NCBI GenBank assembly: GCA_041742355.1 | Contig: JBGSIV010000157.1 | Coordinates: 35,446-99,445 of the forward strand | DNA length: 64,000 bases | Source of the DNA: Candidatus Zixiibacteriota bacterium | GTDB lineage: Bacteria; Zixibacteria; MSB-5A5; GN15; FEB-12 | Direction of reading: 5' to 3' | Shown here: positions 9,471-20,660 of the stretch, piece after piece | Position numbering within the stretch: position 1 is the stretch's first letter | How the letters are laid out: the number at the start of each line of letters is the position of its first letter | The notes under the pieces: generated by a model | What the model was told of the DNA's origin: nothing | The model's database searches: none | Seen by the model: the letters and a program-made list of their open reading frames with translations, nothing else | Made by a program: the position numbers and the translations under genes

Positions 9471-9661
9471 CGTCAGCCGTGCAACTCACTATTCAATGAT
9501 GTCTTGGGCGCCTGCCCTCACCGGCAGGCGCTTCTGTTTTGCCTGGACCGCACGGAGACGATTGATACGGAGGATGCCGGAAAGGAACTGACGACGCTCT
9601 TGATGATTGACCGTGGAAGACGCGGAGCCGTCTTATGCAAGACGGCTCCGCTCAACTCATA

Positions 9662-11386
9662 TCAATAGGTCTGTTCGCGGCGGTAGGGGTAGTAGTGAGG
9701 ATCCCACATGGCGCTGTGGATGAGTTCGGCCAGGTGGTCATCGGACGCATTCATCCCCACGTTCTCTTCTCTAGCCTGTCTGGCCACCGCAAGGGCGACG
9801 GCGAAGGAAACCTCGCGCGTGTCCTTCAGCGACGGCAGCAGGCAAGAATGTGATCGAAGGGTCGCTGGAACCATGTCCGAGATGGCGCGGGTGGCGGCGT
9901 GAAACATCTTGTGGGTGATTTTCTGTGCCTGGCAGACGATCGCGCCGAGACCCATACCCGGAAAGACATAGAGGTTGTTGCACTGCGATATGGTGATCTT
10001 GCGGCCATCAGGCAAGATGACCGGTTGGGATGGGCTGCCGGTGGCCATGAGAGCGCGACCACCGGTAGCGGCCATCACGGCCTCCGGCGTCGCCTCGCAA
10101 CAGGAGGTCGGGTTGGAGAGGGCCAGCACGACGGGCCGTTCGCAATTGGCCGCCAGCGCGGCGAGGATCCTGTCGGTAAAGGCACCCTTCTGTCCCGAAA
10201 GGCCGATCAGGGTCGTGATCCCGGCGTGGCGGACGACTTCTTCGAGATACGGGGCCCGACCATCGGGAATGGGCCAGCCCGCGACAACCTCGTGCGTCTG
10301 CAGAAAGTGACTCTGGTACGGATCCGCCTTGTCTCCTTCCATCAGCAAGCCGTTGATGTCGACGGCAAAGATCTTTCGCCGGGCTTCGGCAACCGTCAAC
10401 CCCCCTTCCAGGGTCATGAGCGTGACCAGCGCGTTGGCGACGCCGCTGCCGGCCTGACCGAAGCCGAGTATGGCTATGCGCTCGTCGTCCAGCGACCGTC
10501 CCGTCATCTTGAACGCCGAGTGTAATGCTGCCGCAGCCGTGGCGCCGGTCCCCTGGATGTCGTCGTTGAAGCTGAGAATGCGGTCCTGGTATCGGTCGAG
10601 CAACGTGGCCGCATGCTGCTTGCCGAAGTCCTCCCACTGCAGCAGCGCGCGCGGAAAGACCCGGCGGATACCCTGCACGAAGCGTTCGATGACGGCGTAG
10701 TAGTCGTCGCCGGTCAGGCGGGGATGGCGGACGCCCGTGTACATCGGGTCGGCGAGCAACCGCTCGTTGTTGGTGCCGACATCGATCATAACCGGCAGCG
10801 TCGAGGCCGGGTGGATACCGGCGGCGGCAACATAGAGAGCGATCTTCCCAATCGGGATCCCCATGCCGTCGGCCCCGAGATCCCCCAGCCCGAGAACCCG
10901 CTCGCCGTCGGTCGCAACCAGCAGCGAGACGTTCGGGAGGCCGATGTTGTGGAGAATTTGCTCGATCGAGTCGACATTGGCCGGCGAAACGTAGATCCCC
11001 CGCCAGCGGCGGATAATGTGCGAGCGCTTGATACAGGCCTGGCCGACGGTCGGGGTGTAAACGATCGGCAGCATCTCCTCGATGTGGTGGGTCAGGAGCG
11101 AGTAGAAGACCGTTTCATTGCGGTCCAGCAGACCGATCAACTCATCGTACTTCTCAAGCTCGGTTGATCGGGATCTGATAATGTTGTAGTTGCGGGCGCG
11201 CTGCTGTTCGAGCGTCCCGATCTGATCGGACAACAGGCCGAGCAGATCGAAATCGGACCGTTCCGTCTTGGTGAAAGCGTATCCCTTGTTCAGCAGGGGA
11301 TCGGACACCAGCAGGTGGCCCGTATGCGGGACGGCGTAGTAGATCTCACGCGTCAGTGGGTCGACCCGCATTTCGAAGCGTTTCAT
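9662..11386 (-). CDS. maeA: NAD-dependent malic enzyme
   Basis: PLLNKG, LPIVYTPTVG, TDGERVLGLGDLG, QWEDF, FNDDIQGTG, LSNPTS, QCNNLYVFPG. Confidence 0.95.
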   Translation of the reverse strand: MKRFEMRVDPLTREIYYAVPHTGHLLVSDPLLNKGYAFTKTERSDFDLLGLLSDQIGTLEQQRARNYNIIRSRSTELEKYDELIGLLDRNETVFYSLLTHHIEEMLPIVYTPTVGQACIKRSHIIRRWRGIYVSPANVDSIEQILHNIGLPNVSLLVATDGERVLGLGDLGADGMGIPIGKIALYVAAAGIHPASTLPVMIDVGTNNERLLADPMYTGVRHPRLTGDDYYAVIERFVQGIRRVFPRALLQWEDFGKQHAATLLDRYQDRILSFNDDIQGTGATAAAALHSAFKMTGRSLDDERIAILGFGQAGSGVANALVTLMTLEGGLTVAEARRKIFAVDINGLLMEGDKADPYQSHFLQTHEVVAGWPIPDGRAPYLEEVVRHAGITTLIGLSGQKGAFTDRILAALAANCERPVVLALSNPTSCCEATPEAVMAATGGRALMATGSPSQPVILPDGRKITISQCNNLYVFPGMGLGAIVCQAQKITHKMFHAATRAISDMVPATLRSHSCLLPSLKDTREVSFAVALAVARQAREENVGMNASDDHLAELIHSAMWDPHYYPYRREQTY

Positions 11387-12062
11387 GACTGTTACTCCTT
11401 AGTAGCCGCCCTTCCGGCGGGGCAGCCGCGGGGGAAGATATTGGTGTTGTCTGTCCATGTCAAGGACACTTGCGACTATGATCACTCTGTGCCGGAAAAG
11501 GTCCGCGCCCACCTGCCAGAATGAGGCACAATTGGGATCAGAATGGTCCTAAATGGGCAGAGCGCTCGTTCTCCTTATGTGAAGAATTTCGCATGCTGAA
11601 GAAACCTAAATGGGCGCGCTTTGTTACGGAGAGAGTGTCTGGACGATTCAATTGACTGATCATTCGGAACCAGCCGTTCGGTGTTTGTCATCGACGACAA
11701 GCAGATGGCGCGCGCGATCCTTCGCCAAATGGAACACGTCGGCCTGGTGGAACTGGCCGGAGACAAGTATCGATCCACGACGTTCGGCTGGAAGAAAGCC
11801 GGATTCGATAATAAATTTACTTCGCGTTTCGTTAACAGTCGATGGGGCAGGCCACAACGCCTGCCCCTTTCTCGTTACGGGCAGAGTACTTCCCCACAGG
11901 TTCAAGCATGATGCCCGGCGACGCGCTCGACAGACCGCTGAGCTTTCGCCGCACCGATTGGCCTGCTCAACACCCTTCCGGCGACAGTTTTCGTTTTGCT
12001 GCCTTGACCCGCGGCAATATACTTCCTCATACCGAAGGAAACCTGTACCGCGGAGACCAACC

Positions 12063-13589
12063 ATGACCTCGACCGAGGCTTACAATCATCTCAAGAAGCG
12101 CATGCGGGAGATCGCGACAATCAACTCATCGAGCAGCGTGCTCTCGTGGGATCGAAAGACGTACATGCCGCCCAAAGGGAACGCCCATCGGGCCGACCAA
12201 CTGGCCCAACTCAGCCGCCTCTCCCACCAGTGGTTCACCGACCCGAAGGTTGAGGAGTGGCTGTCGGCGGTGGAGCAGTCGGATCTGGTCAGAGATCCGG
12301 CCTCGGAAGCGGCGGTGAATGTCCGTGAGTGGCGACGGGTCTACTGCCGCAAAACGAAGCTGCCGCTGGAGTTTGTCGAAGAATTCTCCCGCACCACTTC
12401 GCTCGCGACTCAGGTGTGGGCCGAAGCGCGGCGAAAGTCGGACTTTTCGATCTTTCAGCCGCACCTTATCAAGATTGTCGAAATGGTGCGCAATCGCGCG
12501 GAGTACTACGGCTACACGACCGAGAAGTACGATGCCCTGATCGACGATTACGAACCGGGCGCCAAAGCGGCCGAGATCGAGGCGCTCTTTGCGGGACTGC
12601 GCACCGACCTGGTGGAACTGGTCGGCAAAGTGAAGGACGCCCCGCGCAAGCCGAATGTCGGCATTCTCCGGCAGCCGTGGAATGTCCGCAAGCAACAGAT
12701 TTTCGCCGGCATGGTCGTCGGCGCGCTCGGCTATGACTTCGACTCGGGGCGGATCGATGAAACGGTGCACCCGTGCTGCAACGGGCTCGGCCCCCGGGAT
12801 GTCCGGATCCTGGTCCGGTTCTCGGAGCGGGATTTCAACGACGGTTTCCAGGCGACCGTGCACGAAACCGGCCATGCCTTCTATTCGCTCAACCAGGATA
12901 ACCTCGACCTCTGGGGGACGCCGATGACCCGGACGCCGTCGCTGGCAATCCATGAGTCGCAGTCGCGCACCTGGGAGAATTTCGTCGGGCGGTCGCGCCC
13001 CTTCTGGGTCTATTTCTTCCCTCAGTTGCAGCGCCTCTTCCGGGAGCAGACGCAGGGGGTGTCATTGGATGATTTCTACGGCGCGATCAACTGGGTAGCG
13101 CCGTCATACATCCGCGTCCAGGCCGATGAGGCGACCTACCAGCTGCACATCATGCTCCGATTCGAGCTGGAGCGGGCGATCATCCGGGGGGACATCGAAG
13201 TGGCCGACATCCCCGGCGAGTGGAACAGCCGGTTCAAGAAGTACCTCGGGATCGAGATTGACAGGGACGCTAACGGATGCCTCCAGGATGTCCACTGGTC
13301 GGACGGCTCGTTCGGGTACTTCCCGACCTACACGCTCGGTAATCTCTACGCGGCGCAGTTCTGGCAACAGGCAATGAAGGACCTGCCGGGATTACCGGAT
13401 GACTTCGCGATCGGCCGCTTCGACCGCCTCCTCGACTGGCTTGGCGCGAATATCCACCGTCAGGGCTTCAAATACTACCCCGACGAGATGTGCCGTCGGC
13501 TCACCGGCCGGCCTCTCTCTCACAAGCCGCTGTTGGACTACCTCTACGACAAGTACGAGGGGATCTACGGGATCAGCCGGAGCCGATAG
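12063..13589 (+). CDS. M32 family metallocarboxypeptidase
   Basis: HETGH (HExxH), IHESQSR, IRVQADE, GCLQDVHW, GYFPTYTLG; start MTSTEAY at 12063 after a GGAG RBS. Confidence 0.95.
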   Translation: MTSTEAYNHLKKRMREIATINSSSSVLSWDRKTYMPPKGNAHRADQLAQLSRLSHQWFTDPKVEEWLSAVEQSDLVRDPASEAAVNVREWRRVYCRKTKLPLEFVEEFSRTTSLATQVWAEARRKSDFSIFQPHLIKIVEMVRNRAEYYGYTTEKYDALIDDYEPGAKAAEIEALFAGLRTDLVELVGKVKDAPRKPNVGILRQPWNVRKQQIFAGMVVGALGYDFDSGRIDETVHPCCNGLGPRDVRILVRFSERDFNDGFQATVHETGHAFYSLNQDNLDLWGTPMTRTPSLAIHESQSRTWENFVGRSRPFWVYFFPQLQRLFREQTQGVSLDDFYGAINWVAPSYIRVQADEATYQLHIMLRFELERAIIRGDIEVADIPGEWNSRFKKYLGIEIDRDANGCLQDVHWSDGSFGYFPTYTLGNLYAAQFWQQAMKDLPGLPDDFAIGRFDRLLDWLGANIHRQGFKYYPDEMCRRLTGRPLSHKPLLDYLYDKYEGIYGISRSR

Positions 13590-13752
13590 GGGAGAGGAGC
13601 TCAAGCAGTTCGCGCCGCCGGAGAAAAGCCTCCGGCGGCGATTTTCCGTCAACTTTTCCATCCATTTTTCTGATTTCATGTTATCTTCCTGGAAGTAACA
13701 CTACATACACGCCGATAGGTGTGGAAACACCACTTACTTGCCGGGTACTGCT

Positions 13753-16125
13753 ATGATCCGATCACCTCGTCTTGCCGCTGTCTCCGGGGGCCTCTTCATC
13801 ACCGCACTCACCGCCATTCTTCTCCTCTCCAGTCCCGTTCGAGCCGAACGGGCCGCACCGGTCGAAATGGACCTCGTCTGCACCAACTGGTTGACCCAAC
13901 TCGTGCACCTGCGCGGCGACTGGGCCGGTTCATCCGATCCGGCCGTACTGGGAGTGCACGATATCTTCGCCGGCGATACACTGCTGGGACGGTACTATGA
14001 CATCGCCCCACGAGGGTTTGTGCTGGTGACCGCGCTCAAGGAGATGACGCCGGTGAAGGCGTACTCCGATCAGTTCAACCTCGATGAGAACCAGGCGGAG
14101 GGGTTCCTGGGGATGGTTACAGAGGTCCTGAGCGAGCGCACAGCACTGTACGCCAGGACATTTGGTAGCCTCGATGCGGTTCAGCCCTCAAGTGGGCCGG
14201 CGATCTTCGGGCAGGGACAAAAGGGGGAGTGGACCCGGCTGACGCTGCCGGAAGAGGCGTTCCGGGAGGAGATGCAGGCGAAAGGTTCGCGGTCGATCGC
14301 CGAAGCTGGACCGCTGACCCGGACGAGTTGGAATCAATCGGCGCCATACAACAATTATTGCCCGATGGGCGAGACCGGGCGGTCGGTGGTCGGATGTGTG
14401 GCGACTGCGACAGCTCAAATTCTCGCGTACTGGCAATGGCCGCCGAGCGGGCTGGGGTCCCACACCTACACCTGGGATGGGGATCAGTACTGCGGGGGAA
14501 ATTTCGGCGGCGGAGTTCTGTCGGCCACCTTCTCCGATACGTACGACTGGGCCAACATTGTCGACAGCTGTGATCTCGGCTGCAACACGGCCCAGCAAAA
14601 CGCGCTGGCAGAGTTGTGTTACGAGGTCGGGGTCGCTTTCGACATGGACTACTCGTCATGCGGCTCGGCCGCCTCGACCGCGCGGGCGGTTGCCGTCTTC
14701 CCCACGTACTTCAAGTTCAGCACGGAAATCCGACGGCTTAACCGCTCGTCCTACACGCTCAGCGAGTGGTATGACCTGGCCAAACATGAAATCGATACGG
14801 GGCGCGTGATCCAGTACCGGATCAACGCGCACTCCATCGTCCTCGACGGCTACCGCGAGCAGACTCCGGGCAGGTACGAGTATCACATGAACTACGGATG
14901 GGCCAACTCGTTCAATGCGTGGTACGTCCTGGACAGCCTGTACTGCGGCTGGATCGACGGGGATATCTGCCCGGCCAACGAGGAGTTCATGATCACGCAT
15001 ATCTTCCCGCAGACCAGGCCGGCGATGGCGCTGGCAGGCCATGCCTTCTCTGAAGCGACCGGGAATGGCAACGGCCGTGCCAACAGCGGGGAGGCGATCA
15101 ATCTGAACATGGTGGTTGGCAACGACGGCAACGACGCCACTAATCCGGTCGTCACGGTCAGCACGACCGATCCCTACGTTACCGTCCAGCAGGCCTCGGC
15201 CAGCCTCGGTGAAGTGATTGTCTGGGGAGGGCAAGGAGCGACGGCATTGCCGGTAGTTGTGTCAATAGCTCCGGGATGCCCCGATCCGCACCGGGCGGTG
15301 CTTACATTGAGCCTCTCCGCCGAGGGGGGCTATGCCACGACCGATTCGGTGCTGCTGTTTATCGGCAATACACCCGGAATGACCGCCGACTTCGAAACTA
15401 TCGACGGCCTCTGGTGGCACAGGGCCCATACCCCGATGTACGGAGATCAGTGGCACCTCGAAACCTACCGCAAACACAGCGGGAGCAGCAGCTGGAAGGT
15501 GGGTGGGCTCGGCTCTGCCCTATACGACAACTCGCTCGATGCGGCGCTGGTGTCGCCGCCGTTCCTCCTGCCGGTCAATCCGCAGTTGTCGTTCTGGCAC
15601 TGGCGGGATTTTGAGGATGATCAGACTGCGTGGGATGGCGGGATCGTGATGATCTCGACAAACGGCGGAGACTGGGTGCAGATCACGCCGGAGGGAGGAT
15701 ATCCGGGGGCAATCTACGACAATCCGGACAACGCGTTGCCCGGCGGCACCCCGTGCTACAACGGCCATTCCGACTGGACCGAAGCCGTTTTCGACCTCTC
15801 CGGCTACAGCGGTGTGGCACAGGTGATGTTCCGATTTGCCAGCGATGGCTCAGCAACCGAGGAGGGCTGGTATGTCGACGACGTGCAGGTTATCTCAACC
15901 GGCTGCTGCATCGGGATGCGCGGGAATATCGATGGTGACGCACTGGACAAGGTCCTCGTGTCCGACCTCACGTTCCTCGTGAACCGGCTCTTCCGCTCGG
16001 GACCGGAATCGCCGTGCGCGGAGGAAGCGGATGTCGACGGTAGTTCGACGCTCAATGTGACCGACCTCACCCAACTGGTGAACTACCTGTTCCGGTCAGG
16101 CCCGTCCCCGGCTGCGTGCCCGTAA
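13753..16125 (+). CDS. Secreted C10 (streptopain-like) cysteine peptidase with prodomain, beta-sandwich domains and C-terminal dockerin-like domain
   Basis: WNQSAPYN, GCVATATAQI (Cys), AHSIVLDGY (His), YHMNYGW; immune-inhibitor/MAM-like segment (WDGGIVMIS...GWYVDDV); dockerin GNIDGD...SDLTFLVNRLF. Confidence 0.9.
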   Translation: MIRSPRLAAVSGGLFITALTAILLLSSPVRAERAAPVEMDLVCTNWLTQLVHLRGDWAGSSDPAVLGVHDIFAGDTLLGRYYDIAPRGFVLVTALKEMTPVKAYSDQFNLDENQAEGFLGMVTEVLSERTALYARTFGSLDAVQPSSGPAIFGQGQKGEWTRLTLPEEAFREEMQAKGSRSIAEAGPLTRTSWNQSAPYNNYCPMGETGRSVVGCVATATAQILAYWQWPPSGLGSHTYTWDGDQYCGGNFGGGVLSATFSDTYDWANIVDSCDLGCNTAQQNALAELCYEVGVAFDMDYSSCGSAASTARAVAVFPTYFKFSTEIRRLNRSSYTLSEWYDLAKHEIDTGRVIQYRINAHSIVLDGYREQTPGRYEYHMNYGWANSFNAWYVLDSLYCGWIDGDICPANEEFMITHIFPQTRPAMALAGHAFSEATGNGNGRANSGEAINLNMVVGNDGNDATNPVVTVSTTDPYVTVQQASASLGEVIVWGGQGATALPVVVSIAPGCPDPHRAVLTLSLSAEGGYATTDSVLLFIGNTPGMTADFETIDGLWWHRAHTPMYGDQWHLETYRKHSGSSSWKVGGLGSALYDNSLDAALVSPPFLLPVNPQLSFWHWRDFEDDQTAWDGGIVMISTNGGDWVQITPEGGYPGAIYDNPDNALPGGTPCYNGHSDWTEAVFDLSGYSGVAQVMFRFASDGSATEEGWYVDDVQVISTGCCIGMRGNIDGDALDKVLVSDLTFLVNRLFRSGPESPCAEEADVDGSSTLNVTDLTQLVNYLFRSGPSPAACP

Positions 16126-16177
16126 GATCTAAGAACACCACGCATTCTGCACGAATGCTGCCTTCACAATGAATGTG

Positions 16178-16212
16178 GTGCTGTCGGGCGGAAACGCCCG
16201 ACAGCACTTTCT
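16178..16212 (+). terminator. Intrinsic terminator hairpin
   Basis: GTGCTGTCGGGCG-GAAA-CGCCCGACAGCAC followed by TTTCT, between convergent genes. Confidence 0.7.
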
Positions 16213-16246
16213 ATTGAACGATCTGTTGACGTGGGATCAAGAGGAG

Positions 16247-17527
16247 CTATGGCTGACCGGCCATGCTCTTTCCGGCGATCCACCCAGTGGTCCAGGCATT
16301 CTGGAAATTGAAGCCGCCGGTGATGCCGTCGATGTCGAGAATCTCACCGGCGAAGAAGAGCCCGGGCCGCAGCTTGCTCTGCATGCTGCGGAAGTCAACC
16401 TCCCGCAGATCGACTCCTCCGCAGGTGACGAACTCCTCTTTGAACACTCCTTTGCCGACGACAGTGAAGCGGGCACCGGTGATTTCAGCGGCGAGCGCTG
16501 AGAGCTGGGCTTTTGTGATCTCGGTCCAGGAGGCAGACTCCGCAATGCCGGCGGTCGTGGCGATACGGGCCCAGTAGCGTTTCGGCAGGAAAACAGGGCT
16601 GTCGCCGGCGACCAGCTTGCGGCCGTGGGTTTGTTTGTGAGCGACGAGGAGGTCAAAGATTTGGTCAGCGGAGTGTGTCGGGGAGAAGTTGACCTTCAGC
16701 TCCGCGTGGTAATGGGTCTCGTGGAGTTCGCGCGCCCCCCAGGCGGAGAGCTTGAGGACCGCCGGCCCGCTCAGGCCCCAATGGGTGATGAGCATCGGGC
16801 CGGATTGCTCCAGTCGGCGATTGCTAGTTGCCAGGACGAGGTGGACGGTCTCGAAACTGATGCCGGCCAGATCGGAAAGACGGGGATCGGTGACCTTGAA
16901 GGTAAAAAGGGAAGGAACGGTCGGTACTATCGTGTGCCCGAGCGATTGGGCCAGGCGGTAGCCCTGAGGACTGCTGCCGGTCGCAAGGAGGATCTGATCA
17001 AAAGGCCCCCTCGTACCGTCGTGCAGCTCGATGATGAACCGTCCGACTGACGGATCTTCGGCCAGGGAAATGCTCTTGATGCGGGTGCGCAGACGAAGGG
17101 TTACACCGAGATCGCGGGCCGCGGTCAGGAGGCAGTCGATGATGGTCTGCGAGTTGTCGGTTACGGGAAACATCCGGCCGTCGGGTTCAACCTTGAGCGG
17201 GACGCCATGGCGCTCGAACCACGCCACCGTATCCCGCGGCTGGAAACGGCTGAACGGCCCGCGCAATTCGCGGTGGCCGCGCGGGTAGTTCTTCACGAGT
17301 TCCGCCGGATCGAAGCAGTGGTGGGTGACATTGCACCGCCCGCCCCCGGAAATGCGGACCTTATCCAGGGGATCGCCGGTCGCTTCAAAAACCGTGACCG
17401 CGATCTTATCGCCGAGCCTTCGGGAACGGACCTCCTCGGCCAGGGCAATGGCCCCGAAAATGCCGGCCGCACCGGCGCCGATAATTGCGGCCCGGCGGAC
17501 CGAAGTCGATGATTGAACTGGATCCAT
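16247..17527 (-). CDS. NAD(P)/FAD-dependent oxidoreductase, HI0933/BaiN family
   Basis: GAGAAG, KVRISGGGRCNVTH, GRMFP, LITHWGLSGPAVL, VTCGGV, GEILDIDGITGGFNFQ. Confidence 0.93.
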   Translation of the reverse strand: MDPVQSSTSVRRAAIIGAGAAGIFGAIALAEEVRSRRLGDKIAVTVFEATGDPLDKVRISGGGRCNVTHHCFDPAELVKNYPRGHRELRGPFSRFQPRDTVAWFERHGVPLKVEPDGRMFPVTDNSQTIIDCLLTAARDLGVTLRLRTRIKSISLAEDPSVGRFIIELHDGTRGPFDQILLATGSSPQGYRLAQSLGHTIVPTVPSLFTFKVTDPRLSDLAGISFETVHLVLATSNRRLEQSGPMLITHWGLSGPAVLKLSAWGARELHETHYHAELKVNFSPTHSADQIFDLLVAHKQTHGRKLVAGDSPVFLPKRYWARIATTAGIAESASWTEITKAQLSALAAEITGARFTVVGKGVFKEEFVTCGGVDLREVDFRSMQSKLRPGLFFAGEILDIDGITGGFNFQNAWTTGWIAGKSMAGQP

Positions 17528-17640
17528 AACGGATAAAATCGTATGTTCAGCGCCAGGAGCCAAGTGCAATGTCGGCGACCCTGCCCGGAATGGCCGGGAA
17601 CATCGCCACTTCAACGGCATTACGGAACTGGAAGAATCGA

Positions 17641-18141
17641 ATGAGCAGAGTGCATCGAAAACAACGTCCGGCGCCGGCGCTCCTGCCGAGCATCGGGGGA
17701 TTAATCGGCTGGATGGCCGTCACCTTCGCTGTGGCCTACTTCGGCTCGCAGTTTGAGCCGGGCCAGTGGTATGCCGGGCTGGCCAAACCGGCGTGGACGC
17801 CGCCAAGTGCCGTTTTTCCGCCGGTATGGACCTTCCTGTATGCCTCCATGGCCTTCGCGGCGTGGCTGGTCTGGCGACGCTACGGGTTTCACGGCGCCGG
17901 AGGAGCTCTTGGGTTCTACACGGTGCAACTGGCGCTCAATGGCGCCTGGTCCTGGCTGTTCTTCGGCCGCCACGAGATCCTCTTCGCTTTGATTGATATT
18001 GCGGCGCTCCTGCTGATGATCACCATCACGATGGTGCTATTCCGCCGCCGGGTCCCTCTGGCGGGATGGCTGTTCGTGCCCTATTTCATTTGGGTCGCCT
18101 ACGCGACCGCGCTCAATTTCGCCATCTGGCGCCTGAACTGA
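17641..18141 (+). CDS. tspO: TspO/MBR tryptophan-rich sensory protein
   Basis: WYAGLAKPAWTPPSAVFPPVWTFLY, QLALNGAWSWLFF, PYFIWVAYATALN. Confidence 0.93.
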   Translation: MSRVHRKQRPAPALLPSIGGLIGWMAVTFAVAYFGSQFEPGQWYAGLAKPAWTPPSAVFPPVWTFLYASMAFAAWLVWRRYGFHGAGGALGFYTVQLALNGAWSWLFFGRHEILFALIDIAALLLMITITMVLFRRRVPLAGWLFVPYFIWVAYATALNFAIWRLN

Positions 18142-18226
18142 TCGGCTCACTTCCCCCGCACACCTGTAATGAAAACGGGACCCTTGTGAGGGTCCCGCTT
18201 CCGAGAGAGAGTCCCGCTGACGGGGA

Positions 18227-20518
18227 TCAGGTTTGGAAGAGGTACTGTATTTTCATGAAGAACTGCCGGTTCGTCAGCCGCCAGTCGCTGGGGGCGTCCA
18301 GGCCGGCCGTCATGTTGCCGTAGTCGTAAGTCGAACCGATGTAGAAGACCGAGAAGGGAGAGATCTGGTAGGTCAGCAGCGGATCGACGTCCCACGTCTC
18401 CCAGCCGTCGTTGTACTGCACTACCAGACGGACCGACAGCTCGCGATTGGCCTGCAGTTGGAAGCGGGTGCGGGTGATGTGCTGTTCATACAGCTCTTCA
18501 TCGGTCGTAACCGAGGTTGCCCGGGCGAAACTGAAGCTTGGCTCGATCGTCAGGCGGTCGATCGGCTTGACGGACATGCCGATCCCGCCGCCGATTTCGT
18601 GGCTTGACTCTCCCAGCCGTCGAGCGACTCCGCGGCCCAGCTGATAATTGAAGTTAAAGCCCAGGGCGTCGTTGATCTGGTTACCCAGATTGATCTGTGC
18701 CGTCCAAAGATCGTCGTACTGGACGCCGCTCCAGTTCTCGGAGCCGACGGTGTACTGCAGCCCGGCGTAGGTTTGCCAGAAGCGGAGGTTGGCGTCGAGC
18801 CCCGCCGTGGCATGGCTCCACTTGATTTTGCCGTCGTAGTTCCAGCGGCGCTCGGCGTAGAAGCTCGGCGTGATCCGCTGGATCAGGCCCTTGTCGCTGT
18901 AAAACGTGTACGAGGTCACGGCAAAGCCGTTGCGGTAGTCGTTCCAGGGATCGTACCCGGTCTGGGTCCGGTAGGTGGGAGCGACCTGGTCGAAGTTGAG
19001 GCGGACGTTCAGGTGCCGTCCGTTGCGCCGGAACTGGGTAATCAAAGCTGTTCCGGAGTACGACTCACCGTCGAGGATGGCAGTATGCTTGCCGCCGTCG
19101 AAAGTCAGGCCTTCCAGGCCTTCGGTTCCCATCGCCTGATCCGGTTCACCGGTGAAACTGCCGACAAACTGGCCAACCACGCTGTAGTTCTGTGACAGGC
19201 GAAGCTGGCCGTCTGCGCTGAGAATGGTGCCGTAGCCGCCGTGTTCGAAGCGGCGGTCGGTAATCATGAAACCGGCACGGTCGTTCTGACCGAACGAGAG
19301 CGCGCCGCGCAGGACGTTCACGTAGCTTTCGCCCGCGTCAATCATCCCTCCGAACTCCTCGAACGGAAGAGCATAGGGGGACGTATTGTCTTTGGCGCTG
19401 ATGAAGCCGATGGTCGCGCGGCCGACTCGTCCGGTGGACTTCACCGCATAGTCGGGATCATTGACGGTACGGGTATAGAACGAATTGAACAGGGTGCGGA
19501 ATATGTCCGAGCCTTCTTGGAAAAATGGCCGCCGCTCAGGATAAAACAGCGAGATAGTCGAGTTGACATCGATCTGCGCGGCATCGGCCTCTATCTGGCT
19601 GTAGTCGGGGTTGTAGGTCGCCTCGACCGTCATGCCCGACGTTATCGCGTACTTCCCGCCGAGTGACAGATCACCGTCAACGTCGGCGTTGTCAAAATCG
19701 AACCGGGTGCCATCGTAGTTTAACTGCCCGGACTGGTTGCCCACGACCGAGGCGAGGAGCTCGACTCCCTTGCCGGGCTGCACATCGGAGATACCGGTCA
19801 CGGTTCCCCACTGGCAGGGCCAGCACTGCTCGCCGCGGTTGTACGCGGCCCAGGAGTACTGGTACTGCGACTCGCGCGGGCGGTTGCGCCAGAAATCCAT
19901 CTTCCACTCCTGGGCGTCGCGGCCCGGGAAGCGGATGCCGGAAAACGGAATGGCGATTTCAACCTGGTAGCCGGTGGCGGTGATTTTGGCGGCGGAGTTC
20001 CAGATCAGATCGAAACTGGCGTCCTCGCCGATCGTCGGGGTCCAGAGGTGGTCGCGCTGAACGCCGTATGGGTTGACGAAAAATTCGTAGGCGACCGAGG
20101 CGTCACCGTACGTATCGATCATGACAATGACGCAGTCATCGCCGCCCCAGTGGTCGCGCTGGGCCATGGTGGCGCGAATAGCCTTAGGATCGTCGTGGCA
20201 GATGAAACCGACATAGAGATTCTTGTCATCATAGGTGACGAGAACCTCGGTGCGGACCTGAGGGGGGACCATATCGCCGGGGTCTCGTTCGACAAAGCGG
20301 TCGGTGCGCACGGCACTCGTCCAGCCGGCGTCATCGAGGTTACCGTCGATATCGATATCCGTGGTAGTCCTGTTGACCGCAAGAGTGGGTTTGAACACCG
20401 GTGCAAAGTCAGGTGCCGGCATCATATCCGAGGCAGCCGCCGGCGAAGCGGCCACGAGCAGCACCACGAGACCGAACATCGTTGCAGGAGTTCCCCAATT
20501 CATTATGCGTGTACTCAT
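18227..20518 (-). CDS. Exported CBM9-like plus DUF5916 beta-barrel protein
   Basis: Signal peptide; IDIDGNLDDAGW, YDDKNLYVGF, YEFFVNPYGVQ, NPDYSQIEAD, YPERRPFFQEG; C-terminal FFMKIQYLF. Confidence 0.8.
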   Translation of the reverse strand: MSTRIMNWGTPATMFGLVVLLVAASPAAASDMMPAPDFAPVFKPTLAVNRTTTDIDIDGNLDDAGWTSAVRTDRFVERDPGDMVPPQVRTEVLVTYDDKNLYVGFICHDDPKAIRATMAQRDHWGGDDCVIVMIDTYGDASVAYEFFVNPYGVQRDHLWTPTIGEDASFDLIWNSAAKITATGYQVEIAIPFSGIRFPGRDAQEWKMDFWRNRPRESQYQYSWAAYNRGEQCWPCQWGTVTGISDVQPGKGVELLASVVGNQSGQLNYDGTRFDFDNADVDGDLSLGGKYAITSGMTVEATYNPDYSQIEADAAQIDVNSTISLFYPERRPFFQEGSDIFRTLFNSFYTRTVNDPDYAVKSTGRVGRATIGFISAKDNTSPYALPFEEFGGMIDAGESYVNVLRGALSFGQNDRAGFMITDRRFEHGGYGTILSADGQLRLSQNYSVVGQFVGSFTGEPDQAMGTEGLEGLTFDGGKHTAILDGESYSGTALITQFRRNGRHLNVRLNFDQVAPTYRTQTGYDPWNDYRNGFAVTSYTFYSDKGLIQRITPSFYAERRWNYDGKIKWSHATAGLDANLRFWQTYAGLQYTVGSENWSGVQYDDLWTAQINLGNQINDALGFNFNYQLGRGVARRLGESSHEIGGGIGMSVKPIDRLTIEPSFSFARATSVTTDEELYEQHITRTRFQLQANRELSVRLVVQYNDGWETWDVDPLLTYQISPFSVFYIGSTYDYGNMTAGLDAPSDWRLTNRQFFMKIQYLFQT

Positions 20519-20660
20519 CGACACGCCCCTTTCGCATTCGAGCAAAGCCTCTCAGTTACTATCCACTCTGGCCTCGCGGCCGGTGGCGCTGACCGAATGC
20601 CGTTCCGAAGCGGCACCCAAGTTCGGAATTCCCCGGGGATTTCATCCTGTTGGTAACTAC

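Noticed and set aside
11610..12062. N-terminal 151-aa extension of the M32 ORF and the 76-aa ORF 11681-11911 with a winged-helix-like look
   Set aside because: The M32-like sequence and RBS begin at 12063; the small ORF has no clear RBS or family, at best a fragment
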